A stretch of DNA of 64,000 bases, taken from Parachlamydiales bacterium. Its GTDB lineage: Bacteria; Chlamydiota; Chlamydiia; Chlamydiales; JAJFMK01. Positions 1-8,340 of this stretch are shown here, piece after piece (within the stretch, counting starts at the first letter, position 1; each line of letters starts with the position of its first letter). The stretch is taken from positions 5,463-69,462 of the forward strand of contig CAVXVG010000036.1 of assembly GCA_963765145.1 (NCBI GenBank), written 5' to 3'. The notes beneath the pieces were generated by a model. It worked only from the letters and a program-made list of their open reading frames with translations, ran no database searches and was not told the DNA's origin. The position numbers and the translations under genes were made by a program.

Positions 1-29
1 TTTACCAGCACAAACTATCTGGGCAATGA
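1..29 (+). CDS. 3' end of upstream gene (probably peptide chain release factor 1), partial
   Basis: Open frame YQHKLSGQ* ends in a TGA that overlaps the prmC ATG (ATGA). prfA-prmC is the usual order, so the identity is inferred from synteny only. Confidence 0.35.
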
Positions 30-850
30 AGCAACTCGGCCCTTTTTTTCAAGCAACTGCGGCCGTTCTAAACTCTATAGGCATCTCAAGACAAGACATT
101 GCAGATCTATTTCTCCATACTTATGGAGTCGATCGGCTCACTGTTTTAACCGAACCCACTAGAGAAATTGATGAAAATCTCGTCTTAGATAGCATCCATC
201 GGTTAAAAACAGGTGAACCGCTCTCTTACATCATCGGTTCACTCCCCTTTTTTGGCTGCAATATCAAGGTCAACCGATCTGTTCTCATCCCACGTCAAGA
301 AACAGAACTTTTAGTCGCTTTTGTCCTTGAAGAAACCAAGAAAACGTCAGGTCTTGTAGTTGACCTATGCACAGGGTCTGGATGCATAGGCATCGCCATC
401 AAAAAAGCTCGCCCCGATTTTACGGTAGTCTTGGTCGACAACTCTGAAAAAGCACTTGCAGTGGCAGAAGAAAACGCCACCCTCAACGAGGTCGAAGTCA
501 CCTGCTTAAAAGGCGACTTTTTAGAGCCGCTCCGTGGGCAAAAGATTGATTTACTGATCTGCAATCCCCCTTATGTTTCGAATGAAGAGTACGAACATTT
601 GGACAAAAGTGTTAAAGATTACGAGCCAAAAGAGGCTCTTGTCGCAGAGAATAATGGCCTTTTTTTCTATGAAAAGCTCGCCGAAGAGCTCCCAACTTTA
701 ATGAATTCAGGGGCAGAGGTTTTTTTAGAGATTGGATCAACACAAGGGATTAGCGTGCCTCTTTTGTTCGGGGAACCTGAGTGGAAGGATACCAGGTGCC
801 ACCTAGACTTGGCCTCCCACCCCCGTTTTGTTTCGGCAAAAAGAATCTAG
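26..850 (+). CDS. prmC: Release factor glutamine methyltransferase
   Basis: GEPLSYIIG, VLIPRQETE, DLCTGSGCI and NPPY motifs. Confidence 0.95.
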   Translation: MKQLGPFFQATAAVLNSIGISRQDIADLFLHTYGVDRLTVLTEPTREIDENLVLDSIHRLKTGEPLSYIIGSLPFFGCNIKVNRSVLIPRQETELLVAFVLEETKKTSGLVVDLCTGSGCIGIAIKKARPDFTVVLVDNSEKALAVAEENATLNEVEVTCLKGDFLEPLRGQKIDLLICNPPYVSNEEYEHLDKSVKDYEPKEALVAENNGLFFYEKLAEELPTLMNSGAEVFLEIGSTQGISVPLLFGEPEWKDTRCHLDLASHPRFVSAKRI

Positions 851-861
851 CACAAAAATTC

Positions 862-924
862 TACCCGTGCCCTATTTTTTTATATTTTGGGCAAGGGCAA
901 GGGCAGGGGCACGGGCAAGGGCAT
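862..924. repeat. (GGGCAN)n hexamer palindromic element
   Basis: Six GGGCAN units at 889-924, a short complementary arm at 862-873, and flanking direct repeat ATCTAGCA at 845-852 and 923-930. Confidence 0.8.
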
Positions 925-930
925 CTAGCA

Positions 931-959
931 TTGAAAACATAATCATACTGTAGTAGAAT
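931..959 (+). promoter_or_regulatory. Sigma66/70-type promoter of the ffh operon
   Basis: TTGAAA-N17-TAGAAT, 25 bp upstream of the ffh ATG. Confidence 0.6.
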
Positions 960-984
960 CTACTCGCTACAAATAGAAGGGCGA

Positions 985-2316
985 ATGCAAAACTTTCTTT
1001 CCCAAAAATTCCAAGGGATCTTTTCTAGGTTAACGGGCAAGCACCAGCTCACCGAAAAAAACATCTCTCAGGCCGTTCAAGAGGTCAGAGAAGCTTTTTT
1101 AGAAGCAGATGTTTCTTATCCGGTAGTTAAGGTTTTAATTGATAGCATCAAAGAGAAGGCTCTTGGTAAGAAAGTTTTAGGGGCGATCAAGCCGGGCCAA
1201 CAGTTCATTAAAGCAGTACACGATGAATTGGTCTCTTTCATGGGAAGCGATCCGGCTCCTCTCAACCTGTCTGCCGATCTCCCTGTTTTCCTAGTGTGTG
1301 GTTTGCAAGGGTCTGGAAAGACAACTTTTGTTGCCAAGTTGGCGCGCTTTTTGAAAAAATCGGGCGAAGTCAAAAAACCGCTCCTTTTGGCTTGCGACTT
1401 GCAAAGGCCGGCTGCTGTTGAGCAATTGAAAGTGTTGGGCGAACAAATCGGTGTAACCGTCTTTTCAATTGATGGAGAAAAAGACCCTCGTGTTGTAGCT
1501 AAAAAGGGTTTAGAGTTTGCAAAGAATGGAAACCATGACCTTGTGATTGCAGATACCGCCGGTCGTCTGCACATTGACGAGGCCTTGATGACCGAATTAA
1601 AAGAGATGAAAGGGCTTTTAAAGCCTGATGAGATCCTTTTTGTAGCCAATGCCACTTTTGGTCAGGACGCGGTTAGAACAGCTGAAGCTTTCCAGAAAGA
1701 GCTTGGCATTACAGGGTCTGTCCTGACCATGTTAGACGGAAACACAAGAGGGGGCGCTGCCCTTTCGATCCGACACATGACAGGAAAGCCGCTAAAATTT
1801 GAAGGGGTGGGCGAGCGGGTCGAAGATTTGCAACCTTTCAATCCAAAATCGATGGCCGATCGTATTTTAGGAATGGGCGATACGATCAACCTGGTACGGA
1901 AAGCCGAAGAACATTTTGATAAAGCCTCCATGGAAGACATGGAGAAGAAAATATTGGATGCAAGCTTTACCTATGCAGACCTATCCAATCAGTTCAAAAT
2001 GATGAAAAAAATGGGGTCGCTAAAGGGATTGCTCGGGATGTTGCCCGGAATGGGAAATCTTGACCTTGGCGAACTTGACGAAAGAAAGTTTTTACATCTA
2101 GAAGCAATGATTTTGTCGATGACTAACGACGAACGAAATGGAAGGGTCGAACTGACCATGTCTCGTCGGAAAAGAATCGCAAAAGGAAGTGGCACTCACC
2201 TAGATGACATGAATCGCTTGGTCAAAATGTATGGCCAAGCCAAAGAGTTTTTTAAAAAAGGTCCTAATATGAAAAATTTACAGAAGCTGATGGGAGGAAC
2301 CAAAGCGTGGCTTTAA
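985..2316 (+). CDS. ffh: Signal recognition particle protein
   Basis: GLQGSGKTT, DTAGR, RGGAALS and C-terminal M domain. Confidence 0.97.
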   Translation: MQNFLSQKFQGIFSRLTGKHQLTEKNISQAVQEVREAFLEADVSYPVVKVLIDSIKEKALGKKVLGAIKPGQQFIKAVHDELVSFMGSDPAPLNLSADLPVFLVCGLQGSGKTTFVAKLARFLKKSGEVKKPLLLACDLQRPAAVEQLKVLGEQIGVTVFSIDGEKDPRVVAKKGLEFAKNGNHDLVIADTAGRLHIDEALMTELKEMKGLLKPDEILFVANATFGQDAVRTAEAFQKELGITGSVLTMLDGNTRGGAALSIRHMTGKPLKFEGVGERVEDLQPFNPKSMADRILGMGDTINLVRKAEEHFDKASMEDMEKKILDASFTYADLSNQFKMMKKMGSLKGLLGMLPGMGNLDLGELDERKFLHLEAMILSMTNDERNGRVELTMSRRKRIAKGSGTHLDDMNRLVKMYGQAKEFFKKGPNMKNLQKLMGGTKAWL

Positions 2317-2645
2317 CAATTAGATTAAGACAGCAAGGTAAAACAAATCGGTTAAGCTACCGTCTTGTGTTGATAGAAGAAAAAGCAGCTCGTGAAGGGC
2401 GCTACGTTGAGAATTTAGGATGGTACGATCCTCATGCTCCAAACGAAGAAAGCCTGCTGAAATTTGATGCCGAGCGTATTGCCCACTGGCTAGCTCTTGG
2501 TGCTTCTATTTCAGAACATGCAACTTCATTAGTTAAGAAAGTTGCACCTGCTGTGATCAAAGAGCATAACGCAAGAGAAGTTGCACGCCGTGCTAAAGCC
2601 CTTGCAAAAAGAAAAGAGAGAAAAGCGCGTCAAGCCGCTGCGTAA
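2307..2645 (+). CDS. rpsP: 30S ribosomal protein S16
   Basis: IRLRQQG...YRLV...GRYVENLGWYDP; synteny. Confidence 0.97.
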   Translation: MALTIRLRQQGKTNRLSYRLVLIEEKAAREGRYVENLGWYDPHAPNEESLLKFDAERIAHWLALGASISEHATSLVKKVAPAVIKEHNAREVARRAKALAKRKERKARQAAA

Positions 2646-3316
2646 TGGAAATAGAGCTCCTATCTTTATTCCCCGGCTATTTTGAGTCTCCTTTTAAGGA
2701 GTCCATCCTTGGCCGAGCCATTAAGAAAGGACTTTTAAACGTAAACCTGGTGGATATCCGCGATTATACCGAGGATAAACACCGGCGAGTAGACGACCGC
2801 CCTTATGGGGGTGGACCTGGAATGGTAATGATGCCTGGCCCCGTTGCAAACGCTATCAGGGCCCGAAAAAAAGAAAACTCTACAGTGGTCTATTTGTCCC
2901 CTGAGGGAGAGCCTTTTTCGGCCAACCACGCAAAGGAATTTGCGACATTGGAGCACCTCATTATCCTTTCGGGACATTACGAAGGAATCGACCAAAGGGT
3001 CATTGACTCGGAAGTTGACAGGACCGTCTCTGTTGGAGACTTTGTTTTGACTAGTGGGTGTGCAGCCGCCTTGTTGGTATTGGATGCTTTGGTAAGGTTT
3101 ATCCCCCATGCCTTAGGAGACGAAGCATCCAGTTCAGAAGATTCATTTGAGGGAGAGGGATGGCTTGATTGCCCTCACTATACAAGACCTGATATGTTTG
3201 AAGGACAGCAGGTCCCTGAAGTTTTAAAAAGTGGAGATCATGCCAAGATTTTGGCATGGCGTCGGGAGCAGGCCCGGCAGAAAACTCTCCGTCACCGCCC
3301 CGATTTGGTGCGATGA
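2645..3316 (+). CDS. trmD: tRNA (guanine37-N1)-methyltransferase
   Basis: VDDRPYGGGPGM, GHYEGIDQRV, SVGDFVL and PHYTRP. Confidence 0.97.
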   Translation: MEIELLSLFPGYFESPFKESILGRAIKKGLLNVNLVDIRDYTEDKHRRVDDRPYGGGPGMVMMPGPVANAIRARKKENSTVVYLSPEGEPFSANHAKEFATLEHLIILSGHYEGIDQRVIDSEVDRTVSVGDFVLTSGCAAALLVLDALVRFIPHALGDEASSSEDSFEGEGWLDCPHYTRPDMFEGQQVPEVLKSGDHAKILAWRREQARQKTLRHRPDLVR

Positions 3317-3342
3317 AAAAAAGTTGTTGGAGTTAGTTAGTT

Positions 3343-3759
3343 ATGACGTATTCAAAGTTAATTGAATCGATTGAGAAAGTTCAGCTGAAAAGTGAAATTC
3401 CTGATTTTCGTGTCGGAGACCTTATCAGAGTACATCTTCGGATTGCTGAGGGTGATAAAGAGAGGATTCAGGTCTTTGCAGGCACTGTAATCGCGAAAAA
3501 AGGGTCAGGATTATCTGAAACTTTCTCTTTGCACCGTGTAGCGTATGGCGAAGGGATGGAACGGGTTTTCATGCTTCACAGCCCTAAAATTGCAAAGATC
3601 GAACATGTCCGTTCAGGTAAAGTTCGTCGTGCAAAGCTTTATTACATCCGTGGTAAGCAAGGTAAAGCTGCGAAGATCCAAGCTCGTCATGGCGCTCGGA
3701 AAGTCAAAGGTCCAGTCGTCCAGAGTGAAGAGAATGGCACTCCATCGACCAACGGTTGA
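3343..3759 (+). CDS. rplS: 50S ribosomal protein L19
   Basis: [15 protein letters not shown] and [10 protein letters not shown]. Confidence 0.97.
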   Translation: MTYSKLIESIEKVQLKSEIPDFRVGDLIRVHLRIAEGDKERIQVFAGTVIAKKGSGLSETFSLHRVAYGEGMERVFMLHSPKIAKIEHVRSGKVRRAKLYYIRGKQGKAAKIQARHGARKVKGPVVQSEENGTPSTNG

Positions 3760-4411
3760 AGTTGTTCCTGAAAAGGAGTGGCGCCGCCTGAAAAAGTTAA
3801 CGAAGTTTGAAGAAAAAGGTTACCGAGCCGGCTATAAAATGATAGCCGGTATCGATGAAGCTGGTCGTGGTCCACTTGCTGGACCTGTTTTTGCTGCTGC
3901 CTGCATTTTGCCTCGTAAACTGCTCATTCCTGGTGTTGATGATTGTAAAAAATTGCTGCCTGCAAAACGGGAAGCAGTTTTTAAATCGCTCGTGAACCAC
4001 CCTGAAATCATTTACGGCATCGGAATGGTCGAACATGATGTGATCGACACGATCAACATCTTCCAAGCGACTATCCAAGCTATGTTGCTGGCTGTTGCTC
4101 AGCTAAGAATTAAGCCCGATTTTTTATTAGTCGATGGCTTAAGCCTCCCCCATACAGATATTCCATGCGAAAAAATAGTCAAAGGCGATGAACTTTGCCT
4201 ATCGATTGCTGCAGCTTCTGTCATTGCTAAGGTAAGCCGCGACAACTACATGTTGGCAATGCATGAAAAATATCCTCAGTACGGGTTTGACAAGCACAAA
4301 GGGTATGGCACCGAAAAACATCTGGCAGCGTTAAAACTGCATGGTCCATCCCCCATTCATAGGCTCTCTTTCAAAAGTGTAGTTCCTGTAGAGGAGGAGG
4401 CCCTTGTATGA
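3734..4411 (+). CDS. rnhB: Ribonuclease HII
   Basis: [27 protein letters not shown] and HKGYGT. Start reassigned to the in-frame ATG at 3734. Confidence 0.95.
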   Translation: MALHRPTVEVVPEKEWRRLKKLTKFEEKGYRAGYKMIAGIDEAGRGPLAGPVFAAACILPRKLLIPGVDDCKKLLPAKREAVFKSLVNHPEIIYGIGMVEHDVIDTINIFQATIQAMLLAVAQLRIKPDFLLVDGLSLPHTDIPCEKIVKGDELCLSIAAASVIAKVSRDNYMLAMHEKYPQYGFDKHKGYGTEKHLAALKLHGPSPIHRLSFKSVVPVEEEALV

Positions 4412-4435
4412 GACCTTGTATAAGACAATGGACCT

Positions 4436-4503
4436 CCCAGGGTTGCATCACCCTTTCAGGGTTTCTTTACCCTGGGCTACAATCCTTCACCCCCTGCTGG
4501 GGT
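4436..4503. repeat. Degenerate single arm of the multi-hairpin repeat (family A)
   Basis: CCCAGGGTTGC...TTACCCTGGGCTACAATCC matches the arms at 23627-23683 and 26034-26093. Confidence 0.7.
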
Positions 4504-4535
4504 GTGTTGCTCGTTTTTTGTAGGAAATTCGTGAT

Positions 4536-4982
4536 ATGAGACATTGGACTGCTACTCTTATTTTGTTTGATGACAATAGAACTCTTCTGACTTACCACCA
4601 AAAATTACATAAATGGGTTCCTCCAGGCGGCCATGTAGAAGAGAATGAACTTTTGCATGAAGCTGCTTTAAGAGAAACGCTGGAAGAGACAGGACTAGAA
4701 GCTGAAATTGTCGAAGACAACCATTGCACATTTGCTTATGAGCTTGCCGTTTCTTTGCCTCGCCCTTTTCTAATCCAGTTAGAAAATATCCCAGCGCATA
4801 AGGATCAACCTGCACATCAACACATCGATGCCATTTTTGTAGGACACGTGATAGGAGATCCAACACCTAGAGGATGTGAAGAGGCTTGCTGGTATATCCT
4901 TGAGCAACTAGATGCTCTCGAAATGTTCAGCGAAACACGAGAAGCAATTCGCAAAGCGGCGGAGGTATTTGCCTATGTCTAG
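4536..4982 (+). CDS. NUDIX hydrolase
   Basis: Nudix box GGHVEENELLHEAALRETLEETGL. Confidence 0.9.
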   Translation: MRHWTATLILFDDNRTLLTYHQKLHKWVPPGGHVEENELLHEAALRETLEETGLEAEIVEDNHCTFAYELAVSLPRPFLIQLENIPAHKDQPAHQHIDAIFVGHVIGDPTPRGCEEACWYILEQLDALEMFSETREAIRKAAEVFAYV

Positions 4983-6066
4983 TCAACAAACAGTGGTTGT
5001 GGCCATGTCCGGAGGAGTTGATTCCTCAGTAGCTGCTAAAATGATGGTCGACCAGGGGTACCGGGCTGTTGGGATGACCATGCGACTTTATAAAGGAGCA
5101 GAAGCAGAGAGCGCTTCCTGCTCTACCCAAAGTTGCTGCGGTGAAGAGTCAGTCGATGATGCAAGACTTGTGGCCAACACATTAGGCATCCCCTACTACG
5201 CCATCAACTTCAAGCAAGAATTCTGGGATGAGGTGATCACCGTTTTTGCAAACGAGTATTTTGCCGGACGGACACCTAGCCCCTGCATCCTTTGCAACCA
5301 AAAATTAAAGTTCGAATCGCTCTACGACAAAGCAATGGAAATTGGCGCTGCCTATGTGGTGACAGGCCATTATGCAAGGATTGGATTTGATGAAACAGCA
5401 GGCCGCTGGAACCTAATCCGAGGAAAAGATCGGAACAAAGACCAATCTTACTTCCTTTTTGGCATGACCCAAGAGCAGCTTTCTAAAACGTTGTTCCCTT
5501 GCGGAGAATTTAGCAAACCTGAAATTCGCCTCTTTGCAGAAGAAGGCGATTTAGTGACTGCCAAAAAAAGAGAAAGCCAAGATATCTGCTTCATTCCCAA
5601 TGGGGATTATGCAGGCTTTTTGGAAAGAAATTTTCCGGAAAGGGCTGCTGCCGCAAAAGGCAACATCAAAAAGGCCGATGGAACCCTACTTGGGGCACAC
5701 AATGGAATCCACAGTTTAACCATTGGGCAAAGAAAGCTAGGAATGGCTTTTGGCCAACCGCTCTATGTAAGTGGTATTGATGCTGTCACCAAAGATGTCA
5801 CAGTGGGCGAGCGTCACCAAGTGGAAAAAAGAGAGATGACTGTCTCTAGAATGAATTGGATTGCGAAAGAGCCGCGCGTTGGCGAGACTTTTACACTGTC
5901 TGTCCGGATCCGTTCACGTGGACCTGAATCCACTGCAACAGTGACAGCCTTAGAAGACAATCGGGCAGAAGTTGTCTTTGTCGAACCACAACTTGCCATC
6001 ACACCAGGCCAAGCAGCCGTTTTTTACGACGAAGACAAGGTTTTCGGCGGTGGTTGGATTGATTAG
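4975..6066 (+). CDS. mnmA: tRNA 2-thiouridine(34) synthase, CxxC type
   Basis: SGGVDS PP-loop, GRTPSPCILCN, TGHYAR, KDQSYFL, ESQDICF and PGQAAV. Start at ATG 4975 follows GGAGG. Confidence 0.95.
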   Translation: MSSQQTVVVAMSGGVDSSVAAKMMVDQGYRAVGMTMRLYKGAEAESASCSTQSCCGEESVDDARLVANTLGIPYYAINFKQEFWDEVITVFANEYFAGRTPSPCILCNQKLKFESLYDKAMEIGAAYVVTGHYARIGFDETAGRWNLIRGKDRNKDQSYFLFGMTQEQLSKTLFPCGEFSKPEIRLFAEEGDLVTAKKRESQDICFIPNGDYAGFLERNFPERAAAAKGNIKKADGTLLGAHNGIHSLTIGQRKLGMAFGQPLYVSGIDAVTKDVTVGERHQVEKREMTVSRMNWIAKEPRVGETFTLSVRIRSRGPESTATVTALEDNRAEVVFVEPQLAITPGQAAVFYDEDKVFGGGWID

Positions 6067-6084
6067 GCTACTTTGGCAACAAAA

Positions 6085-6194
6085 ATAAAAAACAGGATGA
6101 ACAAGATGAACAAGATAAAACTTCGCCCTGTTTTAAACTCTATAGTAAAAAAGGCGAAGCTTTATCCTGTTCATCTTGTTCATCCTGTTTTTAT
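6085..6194. repeat. (AACAGGATG)n nonamer palindromic element
   Basis: AACAGGATGAACAAGATGAACAAGATAA...TTATCCTGTTCATCTTGTTCATCCTGTT inverted arms; related copies at 15162 and 39382. Confidence 0.85.
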
Positions 6195-6218
6195 CTTTTC
6201 AGTTGGTGACAAAAAATA

Positions 6219-7208
6219 ATGCGCATTCTGATCGTAAAGACATCGAGTTTAGGCGACATCCTCCAGACATTTCCTGTTGTAGCTACACTTAAAAAAGCTT
6301 TTCCTGATTGCACCATCGATTGGGTCGTTGAAAAAGGGGGAGCACCTCTTATCATGGCCCATCCACAAATCGATCAAGCCTTGATTGTCGACAGCAAAAC
6401 TTGGGGCAAACTTCCCTCTCTTTTCCAACAAATCAAAAGCGTTAGAGGGAAAAAATATGATGTTCTTTTGGATATGCAGAGCAATTCGAAGTCGGCCCTT
6501 ATCACCCTTCTTGCAAAAGCCAAACGGAAGATCGGGTTTGGAGTTAAAACACGTCGCGAATGGCCAAATCTTTTGGTCACAAACGAAAAATACGATTGTC
6601 CCATCGGCAGAAATCGGAGGCTTGACTATCTCTATTTAGTGGAAGCCGCCTTTAACATTGCCCCTGTTCTTGAAGAAAAGGTCGAATTGAAGATCAGTGA
6701 TGAGGAGAAGGAGTTTTTAAAAACCTTTCCCCCCTCCCCTACTCTTGTCGCTCCAGGTTCGATGTGGAAAAACAAGACGGTAAAAAACGAGCCATTGGCC
6801 CAATTTCTGAAACAACTTGAAGGACCGTTCCTTTTTTCTTGGGGCAGCGCGGCAGAAAAAGAGACCGTGACAGCGTTAGCTGAACAGGTTGGAGGAACGG
6901 TGCTTCCTAAATTGTCTCTTCCCCTACTCCAGAGAGTCATGGGGCAATGTAAATTGGTCGTTTCGGCCGATTCTCTTCCCCTCCATTTAGCAGGAACAGC
7001 AGGCATACCCACCTACTCCTACTTTGGCCCTTCCAGTAGCCAAGTGTTTCGCCCCTTAGGCTCACTCCATCATTCGATCCAAGGAACTTGCCCCTACGGA
7101 GAAACCTTTGATCAACGGTGCCGCCTTCTTCGCAGCTGCAAGGACGCCCCTTGTATCAACCAACTTAATATGTTAAAATTTTTTGAACAAAATAAGGAGC
7201 AACGATAA
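6219..7208 (+). CDS. Glycosyltransferase family 9 (LPS heptosyltransferase-like)
   Basis: RILIVKTSSLGD N-terminus, DSLPLHLA and FGPS motifs. Confidence 0.85.
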   Translation: MRILIVKTSSLGDILQTFPVVATLKKAFPDCTIDWVVEKGGAPLIMAHPQIDQALIVDSKTWGKLPSLFQQIKSVRGKKYDVLLDMQSNSKSALITLLAKAKRKIGFGVKTRREWPNLLVTNEKYDCPIGRNRRLDYLYLVEAAFNIAPVLEEKVELKISDEEKEFLKTFPPSPTLVAPGSMWKNKTVKNEPLAQFLKQLEGPFLFSWGSAAEKETVTALAEQVGGTVLPKLSLPLLQRVMGQCKLVVSADSLPLHLAGTAGIPTYSYFGPSSSQVFRPLGSLHHSIQGTCPYGETFDQRCRLLRSCKDAPCINQLNMLKFFEQNKEQR

Positions 7209-7510
7209 TTTCTGCATTCAATTTAGCCTGTGGTTTAGGCCACAATCTTTTCTTAGTGGGTAAACCACTTTTCGATAAAAAACAATCAGCGGTTGATAAG
7301 ATACAACTTCTCTTTAGCTCTTTCGCCTCAGCTTATGGTTTTGCACTAGCAGAAAAAATGTTTCCTGCTCTAGCCAATAGTGCTGGATTACCTAGCGTTG
7401 GTCGCGCTGGAGGATTGGCTAAATTTATTGTAAGTTTGACCACATCAACTGTTGTGGCGCTCATATTTGGTGTACACATAGATGCAATTAGAGAACGATG
7501 GCTTAAGTAA
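7205..7510 (+). CDS. Small membrane protein, paralog 1 (ATA start or decayed start)
   Basis: Aligns with 7624-7956 from the ATA at 7205 (IISAFNLAC vs MITPINLAC; FALAEKMFPAL vs FTLADKLYPAL; VHIDAI vs VHLDAL). AAGGAG lies upstream. Confidence 0.6.
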   Translation: MISAFNLACGLGHNLFLVGKPLFDKKQSAVDKIQLLFSSFASAYGFALAEKMFPALANSAGLPSVGRAGGLAKFIVSLTTSTVVALIFGVHIDAIRERWLK

Positions 7511-7556
7511 CCGTTCAAGAAGCACCGCCCGAAGCTCCGGCACCCACATTCGTGGG

Positions 7557-7623
7557 TGCAAGGATGCCCCTTGTATCAATCAGTTAGATTTACTAACATC
7601 CTTCCCACATATTAAGGAAAACC
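7557..7623 (+). repeat. Diverged copy of the 3' end of the GT9 gene
   Basis: TGCAAGGATGCCCCTTGTATCAATCAG vs TGCAAGGACGCCCCTTGTATCAACCAA at 7137; both read CKDAPCINQL. Confidence 0.85.
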
Positions 7624-7956
7624 ATGATCACACCTATAAATTTAGCCTGCGCAGCAGCGCAGATGTTCTTCATAAATGGCCTCACACGAAAGGAAGGTAA
7701 AATTATATTCAATCCAAATTGGACGAAAATTGAGATCCTTAAGGCTGGTGCGTGTTCTTTCGCTGCTGCTTGCGGCTTTACACTGGCGGATAAACTCTAC
7801 CCTGCCCTAGTAAGCAGGATCAATTTACCTGGCGATGGGCTTTATGGAACGATGGCGAAAATAGGCTTAAAACTTTCAGCCGGATATCTATTCTCTTCCG
7901 CTGCATGTGTTCATCTTGATGCGCTCCAGAAATGGATTAACTACCCAAGGCAATGA
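7624..7956 (+). CDS. Small membrane protein, paralog 2
   Basis: 110 aa with hydrophobic helices, AAGGA RBS; paralog of 7205-7510. Confidence 0.7.
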   Translation: MITPINLACAAAQMFFINGLTRKEGKIIFNPNWTKIEILKAGACSFAAACGFTLADKLYPALVSRINLPGDGLYGTMAKIGLKLSAGYLFSSAACVHLDALQKWINYPRQ

Positions 7957-8018
7957 TGAATCCGGTATAAACCGAAGAAAGAATAGCACGCGAAGCATTC
8001 AATACGTGTCGCCCGAAG

Positions 8019-8337
8019 ATCCTGCACCCACATTCGTGGGTGCATCATTTTATTTCGTTAGATCGGACCATCCAAAACGCCCTTCGGGCGTTTCTCTCGC
8101 TAAAATGCGAAATTTGTAGCTTAAGCTTTAGCCTGAGCTCGTTTTGCAAGACTTTAGTCCTGCTATATGATTACGGGTTAAAACCCGTAAAAACAAACTC
8201 AGGCTAAAGCCTAAGCTACAAATATTTGGTAACGCCTGAAAGGCGTTTTGGATTGTAGCCCAGGGTAAGCGCGGAGCGCGCAACCCTGGGTAATGGTGCA
8301 TAAAAAGATTGTGCACCCACGAATGTGGGTGCGGGAT
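8019..8337. repeat. Composite palindrome: family A arms around a GTAG-type REP doublet
   Basis: GCACCCACATTCGTGGGTGC hairpins at 8024 and 8313. Inner TGTAGCTTAAGCTTTAGCCTGAG...CTCAGGCTAAAGCCTAAGCTACA at 8116-8220. Confidence 0.85.
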
Positions 8338-8340
8338 ATT

